Made by a program: the position numbers and the translations under genes
NCBI GenBank assembly: GCA_041891055.1
Contig: CP169074.1
Location: forward strand, 1,696,001 to 1,760,000
Direction of reading: 5' to 3'
Source: Halorutilales archaeon Cl-col2-1
GTDB taxonomy: Archaea > Halobacteriota > Halobacteria > Halobacteriales > Afararchaeaceae
DNA length: 64,000 nt
Notes under the pieces: generated by a model
What the model saw: only the letters and a program-made list of their open reading frames with translations
Told to the model about the DNA's origin: nothing
The model's database searches: none
Shown here: positions 28,666 through 38,189 of the stretch, in pieces
Numbering within the stretch: position 1 is the first letter of the stretch
How the letters are laid out: each line of letters opens with the position of its first letter

Positions 28666-29262
28666 TTACTTGTTGACGTCGAGGAGAGCGACACGTTCGA
28701 GGACGAGTACTTCGAGCTTCGACTCGCCGACTGCGTCTACCTCGTCGTCACCTATACCGAAGAAGCTCCTCAGCACTTGGAGATCGGAGCCTTTCCCGTC
28801 CCATCTCTCGACCGAGTCGGAGTTCACGCAGTCGGAGTTACGTAGTTCTTCGACGGCTTCGTCGACCTCATCGGGGTCTCGACAGTCGTCCGACTCCGAG
28901 TAGACGACGAATACCGACGTCGACTCTCCTTCCTTGACCCCCATCTCGGTAGCCACGTCTATCTGACGTGTCCCCGCGGCGTAGAGGAGAACCTCCATCG
29001 ACCTCTTCCTCGCGACGTTCTCCCCTCTCTCGAACGCCCTCTGGGTCTTCCTCACCGCCTCCTCGACGTGTCGGCGTGAGACCACGTACTCGACGTCGAA
29101 GCCCTGTACGACGACGCTGTGTCTCTCGCTTATTCTGTCCATCTCCTCTATGAAACCGTCTATGTCGTCGGTCTCTGTCTCCGCCTCTAAGATACGTATC
29201 TGTGTCTCTGACTGAGTCTTTGTCTGAGTCCCTTCCCCCGTCGTTCTGTCTGTCCCGGTCAT
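28666..29262 (-). CDS. cgi121: KEOPS complex subunit Cgi121
   Basis: RAFERGENVARKRSMEVLLYAAGTRQI..A.EMGV, LVLERVALL; coupled to hel308. Confidence 0.9.
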   Translation of the reverse strand: MTGTDRTTGEGTQTKTQSETQIRILEAETETDDIDGFIEEMDRISERHSVVVQGFDVEYVVSRRHVEEAVRKTQRAFERGENVARKRSMEVLLYAAGTRQIDVATEMGVKEGESTSVFVVYSESDDCRDPDEVDEAVEELRNSDCVNSDSVERWDGKGSDLQVLRSFFGIGDDEVDAVGESKLEVLVLERVALLDVNK

Positions 29263-31559
29263 CAGAAATCACCTATCGACGACTGCTTGGTCTCTTCTAC
29301 GGCTGCCTTTCCTTCGACAGCCGCCTCGATCTCGTCGGGCGATACCTCCCTTCCTGCCTCTGAGACCACCTTCGCGGCTGTCTTTTTCCCGAGAAGCGAG
29401 GCGATCTCCTCGATGTCTCCCGTCCTCAGGTCGTCTCTCGACTTGAATCCCGCGTCGTAGAGACGCCGCGCCCTCACGCGTCCTATTCCCCTGACTGCGA
29501 CTAAGTCGAGAAGCTCTTCTCTGACTCCGTCGGAGACTCTTTTGCGCGTACGTGACAGAGACTCGGCGACCTCGTCGTCTGTACCGACGGTCTCAGCGAT
29601 CGACTCGGCGGCGTGTAGGAGCCAGTCGGCACGTTCGACCTTCGAGTTTATGTCTCCGGGTCCGACGCCGTACTCCTCGGCTATCTCCTCGGTGTCGTCC
29701 TCACCTATCCAGTCGTAGAGGACGCGCGCCGTCTTGAGAGACGCTAGCCACGACTCGAACCCCCTGTCGAACTCGCTCGGCGGATCGACGAACTCTTCCT
29801 CGTGTTTGACCGCGAAGTCACGCATCTCTTTTTCGTCTCCCTTCCGGAGGTAGAGCGGATACATGTCGGGTGTGTCACAGACTCCTTCGAGGAAGGTCAG
29901 CGGCGTCGGATCGAACCCAGTCTCTGCACTTCCTTCGAGTACATCGACTATTCCGGCTCCAGTCTTTGGGTCGATGTAGAGACGTGAGACCTGGTGTCCG
30001 AGGTCTGTGGCTTCGATGCCGTCGCCACTCACCTCGACCATGCCCACGTCTTCGAGGTACTCGATCACTTCCTCCGCGATACTTCCGAGGTCGGCTTCCT
30101 CCTCCTGGTAGGCGTAGAAGGTGGCGTCGAGGAAGCTACGTAGCTCCTCCCTCGAACCCGCGAAGCCGCTCGCTACGGTCGATAGGACGTGTGTCCTCAG
30201 AGCACTCCGGCTCGCTAACTTAGAGTAGACAGACTCGGGCTCTCCGTCTATGTAACGTTCCCAGACTTCGTCCCTGTCGTCGTTATCCGAGGCTACGACG
30301 ATCGCTTCTCCGTAGGGATCGAGACCCGGACGTCCCGCCCTTCCGAACATCTGGTGGACTTCGAGGACGGGGAGCGGCTTCATTCCTGCGTCGGTGTAAC
30401 GCGTGTGGTCACGTACTATGACGCGTCTCGCGGGGACGTTGACCCCAGCGGCGAGTGTCGGTGTCGCACATATGACCTTTATGTCTCTCGCCCTGAAGCT
30501 CTCCTCGACCTCCTTCCTGTGGCTACTCGTGAGACCCGCGTGGTGGAAAGCGACTCCCTCCGAGACGTACTCGGCGAGGCTCTCGCCCGTCTCCGTGTCG
30601 GCGTCTTCGAGTATACGTCTTGCCGCCTCTCCGACCCCTTCTCCCGTGTCTAAGCCGAGATCCGAGAGTCTTCTCGCTGTCGCCTCGGCACTCCTCCTTG
30701 AACTCACGAAGACGAGACACTGACCTCCGTCGTCGACCGAGTCGGTAACGAGGGACGAGACAGGATCACTTCTCGTCTGTATCTCGGTCTCGGCGTCTGT
30801 TAATCCTTGATTAACAGGGCATGACGAGACGCTTCGCGTCTCGTTGCAACCGAAAACGCGTAGCGTTTTCGAGGACTCAGAAATCGAAGATTGACGAACA
30901 TCCTCGAACTCTATCACTCCTTCGCCCTCGGTGTAGACCCCCTTGCGGAGGTCGACGGGTCTCCAGTCGGTCTCTACGAGTTCGGCATCGAGCCATCCCG
31001 CTATCTCGTCGGGGTTCTCGACCGTCGCGCTCAGTGCGATGACCTGTAACTCGGGGTTGAGACGTCTCAGCTTGGCGAGAGTGACTTCGAGAGTCGGACC
31101 CCTGTCGCCCGAGTCGAGGAGATGGACCTCGTCGACTACGACACAAGAGACATCACGTATCCAGTCGGCTCCGTTACGTATCAGAGAGTCGGTCTTCTCG
31201 CTCGTCGCCACTACGACGTCGTTGTCGGAGAGGTAGTCGTCAGTCGAGTCGTAGTCTCCCGTCGATATACCGACGTCGACTCCCGGAAGTTCCGAGAACT
31301 CGTCGTACTTCTCCGAGGCGAGTGCCTTCAGAGGGACTATGTAGAGTGACTTACCTTCCGACGAAAACATCCCTAACTGGGCTATGAAGGTCTTGCCGCT
31401 CGCTGTCGGTACGGCGGCGACGAGGCTCTCTCCGTCGGTGACCCCCTTCTCGACAGACTTCTCCTGGGGAGGGTAGAGACTCTCGATACCCTCGTCGGTA
31501 TAATGTTCGAGAAGAGTCTCGTCGAGACTGTCAGCTATACGGGGGTCGTCGATATTCAT
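29262..31559 (-). CDS. hel308: Ski2-like ATP-dependent DNA helicase Hel308
   Basis: PTASGKT, DEVH, LSAT, HHAGL, TPTLAAGVNVP, QMFGRAGRPGLD, C-terminal HhH GIGRVRAR; carries an in-frame insertion of about 35 aa. Confidence 0.95.
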   Translation of the reverse strand: MNIDDPRIADSLDETLLEHYTDEGIESLYPPQEKSVEKGVTDGESLVAAVPTASGKTFIAQLGMFSSEGKSLYIVPLKALASEKYDEFSELPGVDVGISTGDYDSTDDYLSDNDVVVATSEKTDSLIRNGADWIRDVSCVVVDEVHLLDSGDRGPTLEVTLAKLRRLNPELQVIALSATVENPDEIAGWLDAELVETDWRPVDLRKGVYTEGEGVIEFEDVRQSSISESSKTLRVFGCNETRSVSSCPVNQGLTDAETEIQTRSDPVSSLVTDSVDDGGQCLVFVSSRRSAEATARRLSDLGLDTGEGVGEAARRILEDADTETGESLAEYVSEGVAFHHAGLTSSHRKEVEESFRARDIKVICATPTLAAGVNVPARRVIVRDHTRYTDAGMKPLPVLEVHQMFGRAGRPGLDPYGEAIVVASDNDDRDEVWERYIDGEPESVYSKLASRSALRTHVLSTVASGFAGSREELRSFLDATFYAYQEEEADLGSIAEEVIEYLEDVGMVEVSGDGIEATDLGHQVSRLYIDPKTGAGIVDVLEGSAETGFDPTPLTFLEGVCDTPDMYPLYLRKGDEKEMRDFAVKHEEEFVDPPSEFDRGFESWLASLKTARVLYDWIGEDDTEEIAEEYGVGPGDINSKVERADWLLHAAESIAETVGTDDEVAESLSRTRKRVSDGVREELLDLVAVRGIGRVRARRLYDAGFKSRDDLRTGDIEEIASLLGKKTAAKVVSEAGREVSPDEIEAAVEGKAAVEETKQSSIGDF
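30795..30900. repeat. In-frame multi-hairpin palindromic insertion in hel308
   Basis: Three perfect 9-bp stems with 3-nt loops (30797-30817, 30824-30844, 30851-30871) plus a broken hairpin aatc-gaa-gatt (30882-30892). Confidence 0.85.
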
Positions 31560-31617
31560 ACTAGTCTAAAACCGGATACGTGATCCCCGACTAAAACATA
31601 TCCGTTCTCTTAATCCG

Positions 31618-32919
31618 CTAACGCGACGGATGTGGCTCCTCAAATCCGCCTCTCACGAGAGGCTTCGATATGTGGCGTCTCGCCGACGGCGGAACCTCGT
31701 GCCATCCCTCTTCGAGGAGTCTCTCGACTTCTACCTCTATTTTCTCCTCCGCAGTCGCTCCACAGTCCCTGCACCGGTATCCCTGGTTCCTTCCCGCGCT
31801 CTTCATCCTCTTTCCGTCTCCACAGTCACACGTCGGGTTGACGAGACGTCTGTCGTTGAGACTACGTACTCCTAACTTCTCGACGTTGAGGACGCCGTCC
31901 TTGACTCCTCCACAGACTGTGACCTCGTCGCCCTCACGCAGGTCTCTGATCTTGTCGCGGAACGACTTCGTGGGCTCGAACGCCGCAGATGTCAGAGGAA
32001 CGTCGTCCTCGACTGTGAAGAAGACGTGTCCACCTTCGACTGTGACAGGCTCACAGATCACCTCGCCCTCGACTACGTATGACCTCATGTCTTGGGTCTC
32101 GCTTGCCCTCGCCTCGGTGAGATGCATGTCGGTTCCCTGGTTCGTCTTGAAGACGCTGAGGCGGTCGACCTCCCCCGTCTCGACGTACGAGTTCGCGCGC
32201 CAGACACCGCCGAAGCTTCCTCTCAGACCGTAGACTACCGGACCGTCGGTCTTAGGCACAGCCACGACGCCGTCTACGTTCGTGTCGACTGTGTCCCATG
32301 TCTCGGGGTAGGTCTCGGAGTCGGCGACGAAGAAGGAGTCGTAGCCGACCTGTCTCTTCTCGTCCCATCTACCGCGGTTCCTGTAGGCTATTAGCTCGTA
32401 GGTGTGGTCAGTACCGGGGTCATCGAGTAGCCCCGGTGCTCCGACCGCCGCTACGGCCCCTATGACACCTCTCCTGTTCTTCCAGCCGTGGGTCTCGACG
32501 CCGAACTCTTCGGCTGTCTCTACGGCTTCTTCGAGTCTTCTCACCTTTCTCACAGTCTCGAGTGTGTACTCTCTCAGTCCCTCGGGAATCTTGTCGTCGA
32601 CCTCTAACTCCAAGAAGGCGACTCCGGGATTAGTGTCGTCGTCGTCGAAGACCGCCTCTTCTTCGACCTTTTCGAGGACTGTCTCTCTGACTCTCTCGGG
32701 CTGATCCGTCTCGACACGGAGGCTGAGACACGCGTTTCCACGTGTCTTGTAGGGTATGTTGGGATTGAGACGTGTGAGGTAACGTCCCTCGACAGTCGCG
32801 AAGCCGTCGATCTCCTCGGCGACGACTGTCGCGAGATACGTCGTACACATCCCACGTGTACGTGAGTCGGTGTCGTCGAGTCCGACCACGAGCGTCTTTG
32901 TCTCCATCTTTTTCCACAT
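31618..32919 (-). CDS. tiaS: tRNA(Ile2) 2-agmatinylcytidine synthase
   Basis: GLDDTDS..GMCTTY, LNPNIPYKTRGN, TNQGTD, AAFEPT, C-terminal Zn ribbon, RRHISKP; start may be 32907. Confidence 0.95.
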   Translation of the reverse strand: MWKKMETKTLVVGLDDTDSRTRGMCTTYLATVVAEEIDGFATVEGRYLTRLNPNIPYKTRGNACLSLRVETDQPERVRETVLEKVEEEAVFDDDDTNPGVAFLELEVDDKIPEGLREYTLETVRKVRRLEEAVETAEEFGVETHGWKNRRGVIGAVAAVGAPGLLDDPGTDHTYELIAYRNRGRWDEKRQVGYDSFFVADSETYPETWDTVDTNVDGVVAVPKTDGPVVYGLRGSFGGVWRANSYVETGEVDRLSVFKTNQGTDMHLTEARASETQDMRSYVVEGEVICEPVTVEGGHVFFTVEDDVPLTSAAFEPTKSFRDKIRDLREGDEVTVCGGVKDGVLNVEKLGVRSLNDRRLVNPTCDCGDGKRMKSAGRNQGYRCRDCGATAEEKIEVEVERLLEEGWHEVPPSARRHISKPLVRGGFEEPHPSR

Positions 32920-33004
32920 CTATGTCTCGCGTAGTCAAAAACACACCGAGAGCCGCCGAGGATTCCGTGCTCCTTTTCACGCGCGGCGTCTTAGCCGAGT
33001 TAAG

Positions 33005-33259
33005 ATGGACTCAGACAGAAGACAGAAGCTCAAGAAGGAGGCTCACGACCTAGACGCGACTCTCCGCGTCGGAAAGAAGGGCGTCGAGAGCGTAGCCGAC
33101 GAGCTCTCGAACCAGCTCGATAACTCAGAGATAGTCAAGGTAAAGTTCCTCAGGTCGGCGAGAGGCATGAAGGAGACGGAGGAGGTCGCCGAGGAACTCG
33201 CCGAAGCCGCCGATGCCAAGTTAGTCGAGACCCGCGGAAACACCGCAGTCTACTACTGA
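33005..33259 (+). CDS. yhbY: YhbY/CRM RNA-binding protein
   Basis: LKKEAHDL.ATLRVGKKG, IVKVKFL, TRGNTAVYY; start ATG 33005. Confidence 0.88.
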   Translation: MDSDRRQKLKKEAHDLDATLRVGKKGVESVADELSNQLDNSEIVKVKFLRSARGMKETEEVAEELAEAADAKLVETRGNTAVYY

Positions 33260-33267
33260 CTCCCGTC

Positions 33268-33606
33268 TTACTCGCTGTCGCCGTCTTCGTCTTCCTGCTT
33301 TCCGAGACTGATCCTGATCGACGATAGATTGATCTCCTCGCCATCGTCGTCCTCTATCTGTTCGGTCGATATCTCTATGTCGTCTATGTCGACGTCCGAC
33401 ATGAACCTGCGTCGGAGTATCTCGGCGGTGTCGACTGCGGTAGATATAGCACGCCCTCGGGCTTTGACTGTGACTTCGTCGTTGCCCTCGTTGAAGGCTG
33501 TCATCGTAGCCTGTACGTAGTTCATAGGTGCCTTGTTTCCGACATAGATGATGTCGGAGTCGTCGGCTGTGTCCGTATCTGAGCTGTCGGATGTGCTTTC
33601 AGACAT
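33268..33606 (-). CDS. albA: DNA/RNA-binding protein Alba
   Basis: IYVGNKAPMNYV, VKARGRAISTAVDTAE, LSSIRISL. Confidence 0.92.
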   Translation of the reverse strand: MSESTSDSSDTDTADDSDIIYVGNKAPMNYVQATMTAFNEGNDEVTVKARGRAISTAVDTAEILRRRFMSDVDIDDIEISTEQIEDDDGEEINLSSIRISLGKQEDEDGDSE

Positions 33607-33706
33607 GTCCGTTCACCGTTATTACCGTCCCGCCCGCGCTCACTTCTATCTTTCCACTTTCCGAACTGCCTTTCGCAACCCTTTTTGCGTGCGGGGATCT
33701 ACCTCT

Positions 33707-34014
33707 AATGGGCTAGCCGGGGTGGTTAGGCGCCACCTGTAACCCGCGAGATCGTCTTTAGCGGGCGGCGAGAAACCCGTGGAGGTCGGGGATGACGTCG
33801 AGGTCCCGGAAGCCGACGTCGACGCCTCGTCCGACGGGGACGGAGGGATAACGGTGCTTTCCGGAGGGAAGGTAGCGTTATTTAGCTGTGGGCAGACGGT
33901 CAGGCGCGGAAGCGAGCAGCCGACCCACTAACATCCGTCGCTCGTCGGGTCGCGGGGCTGAGGAGGCGACCGGACAAACCTCGATGTCGGAACCGGTCGA
34001 TACGGGAGCCCATT
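33707..34014 (+). ncRNA. ffs: Archaeal signal recognition particle (7S) RNA
   Basis: ORF-free stretch of about 305 nt; complementary ends aatgggct/agcccatt; Alu-domain ctgtaaccc; helix 8 ggtcaggcgcGGAAgcgagcagcc SRP54-binding motif. Confidence 0.92.
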
Positions 34015-34093
34015 ACAGTCTATCTACCTACATCGACGGATTCGGCTGCATAGTATAGTTAGCCTCAAGTGGTTATGACGCGATTCTTCCCTA

Positions 34094-35515
34094 ATGGATA
34101 CTCTCGACAGCGACGGTGAGACGGTCTCCCTGTCCGGGTCTTCCGAGGCGTTTCTCGTAAGCCGATCGGTTGAGCTGAGCCTCGGGGACATGTCCACGTC
34201 TGGCTTCCGTGGGTCTACTCGTCTCTTTTTCGACGCCGACCTGTCTGACGACGACGCAACTTCCTTCTTCTGGAGAAGCCGCGGCGCTGACTCCGTATTC
34301 GCCGGAAGGGGTGACTCTGTCTCCGTGGTAGCCGAGGGAAGCCGTAGGTTCGGTGAGATCCGGGACGCCGTCGACGGTATCTTCGAGGACGCCGACGTAG
34401 AGGTCGACGGTCACACAGCGCGTCCGCGACTCTTCGGCGGCTTCTCCTTCCACGATGCACACCACGAGGTGGGGATCTGGGAGGGCTTCCCGTCGGCGAG
34501 GTTCGTACTACCGAGGTACCAGCTCACTTCTACCGACGGCGGCGACTATCTGACTCTCAACGTCTATGGCACCGACGTCGATCCATCTCGGGTGGAAAAC
34601 GAGGCTGATAAGGTACGGCGACAGTTAGAAGACGCTGACACCGACACGTCTGAACTGCAGTCGAGACCCAGAATAGGACGTATACAGAGAGGGACGTCTC
34701 TCCCCGAGTGGAGACGTCAGGTGGGCGACGCACTCAGACGTATAGAGTCGGGAAGTTTAGAGAAGGTCGTACTCTCACAGTTCCTAGAGGTCGACCTCAA
34801 TTCCGATTTCGACGTCACGCGAGACACTCTCAGACTCTCTGAGAAATTCCCCGACTGTTACACGTTCGTCTTCTCGCCCGACGGCGACGCGGGCTTCTTC
34901 GGAGCACCACCCGAGAGACTCGTCTCGGTTGAGGGACGTGAAGTCGAGACGGAGGCGATAGCCGGATCGATAGGCAGGGGCGAGACAGCCGAAGAGGACA
35001 GACGTCTCGGCGACAGGCTCAGAAACAGCCAGAAGGATCTCCATGAACACGCCATAGTCGCCGACACCGTCGTCGAACAGCTCAGTCCTCTCGCGGGCTC
35101 CGTTGAGACCGACGGGATGGAGCTTCTCAAGCTCCGAAACGTCCAACATCTCAGGACTCCGGTACGTGCACGTCTCGACGACTCCGATCACGACATCCTC
35201 ACCGTAGCCGAGGCGCTCCATCCGACCCCTGCGGTAGGCGGTCTCCCGCCCGACGATGCTCTCCGTACTATACGCGAGACAGAGAGCTTCGACCGAGGCT
35301 GGTACGCCGCGCCGGTGGGCTGGGTCGACGCCGACGGAGACGGCTGTTTCGCTGTCGGACTACGGTCGGCAGTCGCTCGGGGGTCGACAGCTAAGCTCTT
35401 CGCAGGCGCAGGGATAGTCAAGGACAGCGACCCCGACGAGGAGTGGGAGGAGGTACAGCTCAAGTATGAGCCGGTTCTGAACCTCTTCAGAGGTGAGGAC
35501 ACTGACACCGCCTAA
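34094..35515 (+). CDS. menF: Isochorismate synthase
   Basis: EKVVLS, GAPPERL, KDLHEH, LHPTPAVGG, RGWYAAPVGW, FAGAGIV. Confidence 0.93.
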   Translation: MDTLDSDGETVSLSGSSEAFLVSRSVELSLGDMSTSGFRGSTRLFFDADLSDDDATSFFWRSRGADSVFAGRGDSVSVVAEGSRRFGEIRDAVDGIFEDADVEVDGHTARPRLFGGFSFHDAHHEVGIWEGFPSARFVLPRYQLTSTDGGDYLTLNVYGTDVDPSRVENEADKVRRQLEDADTDTSELQSRPRIGRIQRGTSLPEWRRQVGDALRRIESGSLEKVVLSQFLEVDLNSDFDVTRDTLRLSEKFPDCYTFVFSPDGDAGFFGAPPERLVSVEGREVETEAIAGSIGRGETAEEDRRLGDRLRNSQKDLHEHAIVADTVVEQLSPLAGSVETDGMELLKLRNVQHLRTPVRARLDDSDHDILTVAEALHPTPAVGGLPPDDALRTIRETESFDRGWYAAPVGWVDADGDGCFAVGLRSAVARGSTAKLFAGAGIVKDSDPDEEWEEVQLKYEPVLNLFRGEDTDTA

Positions 35516-37217
35516 CGCCAACATACTCTGGTCGGAGACAGTCGTCGACGAGCTAGTCAAAAACGGGGTCAAGGAGGTCTGTATCTCTCCAGGGAGCCGT
35601 TCGACGCCACTGACATACTCCTTCTCACAGCATCCCGAGGTACGTGTCTACTCACACTTAGATGAGAGGTCGTCGGCTTTCTTCGCGCTCGGAAGGGGAA
35701 AGGCGACTCAGAGACCCACGCCGCTCGTCTGTACGTCGGGAACCGCTGCGGCGAACTTCCATCCCGCAGTCATAGAGGCGGACGAGTCACGTGTACCCCT
35801 CCTCGTTCTCACCGCCGACCGTCCCCCTGAGCTAAGGGACACCGCCGCGAACCAGACGATCGACCAGGAGAAGCTCTACGGTGACTCAGTGCGGTGGTAC
35901 AAGGATGTCGCCGAGCCCGAGGCTGACGACAGAAAGCTCCGGTCGTTACGTGTCACGGTCAGCCGCGCAGTCTCGGAGTCGACTACCGCCGAAAGCGGAC
36001 CTGTCCATCTCAACTTTCCTTTCCGGAAGCCTCTCGAACCTACTGAGGTAGAAGATGAGGTACCCCCTGGCTTCGAGTCGAGAGCCGGAGCCGAGGGACG
36101 TGACACGAGCTATGTCGAGACCTCGCACGGACACAGAAAGCTCGACACCGAAGATCTGCGCGACATAGCCGACACGGTCGAGTCTGCCTCCTCGGGACTC
36201 TTAGTCGTAGGACCTTCCGACACCCTCGACCCCGAAGCCGTCGAGCGTTTCGCCGACTCCGTAGGCTTTGCCGTCGCCGCAGACCCCCTCTCCGGGGTTC
36301 GTTTCTCATCAGACGTGAACGTCTTGGGAGGCTACGACACCCACATAGACCTGATCGAGCCTCCCGAGGTCGTCGTCAGACTCGGCGACGCTCCGACATC
36401 GAAGAGACTCAAGAACTACCTGCGTGACTCCGACGCCGACCAGATAATAGTCAACTCGGCGGGGGAGTACACAGACGCGCGTTTTACAACCCAGAGCCTC
36501 GTAGTCGCCGACCCCAACTTCTTCTGCCGCGAAATTGCGGAGAAGGTGGAGAGATCTCCGGGAGACTGGGAGAGACGTATCCGAGAAAACGAGTCGGAGT
36601 ACTGGGACGCCTTCTCGTCACGCCACGGCTACTTCGAGGGCGGCATACTCCACGAGGTAGCGAGGCTCGTCCCCGACTCCTCGACTGTCTTCGTCTCGAA
36701 CAGCATGCCTGTACGTGACCTCGACAGGTACGGAGAGCCCCGCGACGCCAATGTAGACATCTTCGGAAACAGGGGAGCGAGCGGAATAGACGGCATTACG
36801 AGCACAGCCTTAGGAGTCGGAAGTGCTGTCGACGGCGAACTCGTCCTCGTCACAGGTGACCTCGCCTACTACCACGACACCAACGGACTCCTCGCGGTCA
36901 AGAGATGCGACGTCGACGTTACTGTAGTCGAGATAAACAACGACGGCGGCGGCATCTTCCATATGCTCCCCATCGAGGAGTACGACCCGCCGTTTACTCA
37001 GCAGTTCAAGACACCCCACGGACTCGACTTCGAACACACGACCGACCTCTATGGTCTCGGATTCGAACGTGTCGACGACCTCGACTCTTTCCGCGACGCC
37101 TTCACGCGATCAGTCTCGTCGGATGGCTCGTGTGTCATCGAGGCGGTCACCGACTCCGAGGCGAGCCACCGGAGGCGTGAAGAGGTCACCACCGAGATAC
37201 GTGACGAACTCGGATGA
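35493..37217 (+). CDS. menD: SEPHCHC synthase
   Basis: ISPGSRSTPL, DERSSAF, TSGTA, TADRPPEL, NRGASGIDG, GDLA..HD, NNDGGGIF. Confidence 0.96.
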   Translation: MRTLTPPNANILWSETVVDELVKNGVKEVCISPGSRSTPLTYSFSQHPEVRVYSHLDERSSAFFALGRGKATQRPTPLVCTSGTAAANFHPAVIEADESRVPLLVLTADRPPELRDTAANQTIDQEKLYGDSVRWYKDVAEPEADDRKLRSLRVTVSRAVSESTTAESGPVHLNFPFRKPLEPTEVEDEVPPGFESRAGAEGRDTSYVETSHGHRKLDTEDLRDIADTVESASSGLLVVGPSDTLDPEAVERFADSVGFAVAADPLSGVRFSSDVNVLGGYDTHIDLIEPPEVVVRLGDAPTSKRLKNYLRDSDADQIIVNSAGEYTDARFTTQSLVVADPNFFCREIAEKVERSPGDWERRIRENESEYWDAFSSRHGYFEGGILHEVARLVPDSSTVFVSNSMPVRDLDRYGEPRDANVDIFGNRGASGIDGITSTALGVGSAVDGELVLVTGDLAYYHDTNGLLAVKRCDVDVTVVEINNDGGGIFHMLPIEEYDPPFTQQFKTPHGLDFEHTTDLYGLGFERVDDLDSFRDAFTRSVSSDGSCVIEAVTDSEASHRRREEVTTEIRDELG

Positions 37218-37263
37218 GACGGAAACACGAGAGTTTTTGGGCGCGGCTACGGAGTATACTCTA

Positions 37264-38172
37264 ATGGTCTCGGATATATTTGACCCCGAGAGATGGGAGA
37301 CCGTCGATCTCGGACATAAGTTCGACGACATCACATACCACCGTGCCGTAGACCACGGCACCGTACGTATCGCGTTCGACCGTCCCGACGTCAGGAACGC
37401 ATTCCGACCCCAGACGGTCGACGAGCTCTACGACGCTCTTGAACACGCGAAGAGACAGACAGACGTCGGCTGTGTCCTTCTCACGGGCAACGGACCCGCC
37501 GAAGACGGAGGCTGGGCTTTCTGTTCGGGCGGTGACCAGTCGGTGAGAGGCGACTCGGGATACGGATACGGAGATCAAGACGGCGACTCCGATTCCGAAC
37601 CCGAAGACACCTCAGGAACCGGACGTCTCCATATACTCGAAGTCCAGCGTCTCATACGCCACATACCCAAGCCCGTGATCGCTGTCGTCCCGGGATGGGC
37701 GGTCGGAGGCGGACACTCTCTCCACGTCGTCTGTGACATGACTATAGCGAGCGAGGAACACGCCAAGTTCAAACAGACCGACCCCGACGTCGCGTCGTTC
37801 GACGCCGGATTCGGAAGCGCTTACCTCGCCCACCAGGTCGGACACAAGAAGGCGCGCGAGATATTCTTCGTCGGGAAGACCTACTCCGCCGACGAAGCAG
37901 ACGAGATGGGAATGGTCAACGAGACCGTCTCCCACCAAGACCTCGAAGACGTCGCCCTCGACTGGGCGGGAGAGATCAACTCGAAGAGCCCGACTGCGAT
38001 AAGGATGCTCAAGTACGGATTCAACCTCGATACCGACGGCATGGTGGGTCAGCAGGTCTTCGCGGGCGAGGCTACACGTCTTGCCTACATGACCGACGAG
38101 GCGAAGGAAGGAAGGGACGCCTTCCTCGAAGACCGCGACCCCGAGTTCGACGACTTCCCGTGGCATTACTAA
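37264..38172 (+). CDS. menB: 1,4-dihydroxy-2-naphthoyl-CoA synthase
   Basis: RNAFRP, FCSGGDQ, GGGHSLH, SFDAGFG, EAKEGRDAF; start ATG 37264. Confidence 0.96.
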   Translation: MVSDIFDPERWETVDLGHKFDDITYHRAVDHGTVRIAFDRPDVRNAFRPQTVDELYDALEHAKRQTDVGCVLLTGNGPAEDGGWAFCSGGDQSVRGDSGYGYGDQDGDSDSEPEDTSGTGRLHILEVQRLIRHIPKPVIAVVPGWAVGGGHSLHVVCDMTIASEEHAKFKQTDPDVASFDAGFGSAYLAHQVGHKKAREIFFVGKTYSADEADEMGMVNETVSHQDLEDVALDWAGEINSKSPTAIRMLKYGFNLDTDGMVGQQVFAGEATRLAYMTDEAKEGRDAFLEDRDPEFDDFPWHY

Positions 38173-38189
38173 TCTAACCAAGCCAAGGA

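Noticed and set aside
33610-34090. ORF-free structured region considered as a novel ncRNA or CRISPR leader
   Set aside because: Explained by the SRP RNA (helix 8 motif, paired termini); no repeat-spacer pattern
37051-37263. N-terminal extensions in the ORF track for menB (also TatD, RFC, YhbY and DUF1405)
   Set aside because: They overlap neighbouring genes and have non-native composition; downstream ATGs match the family starts
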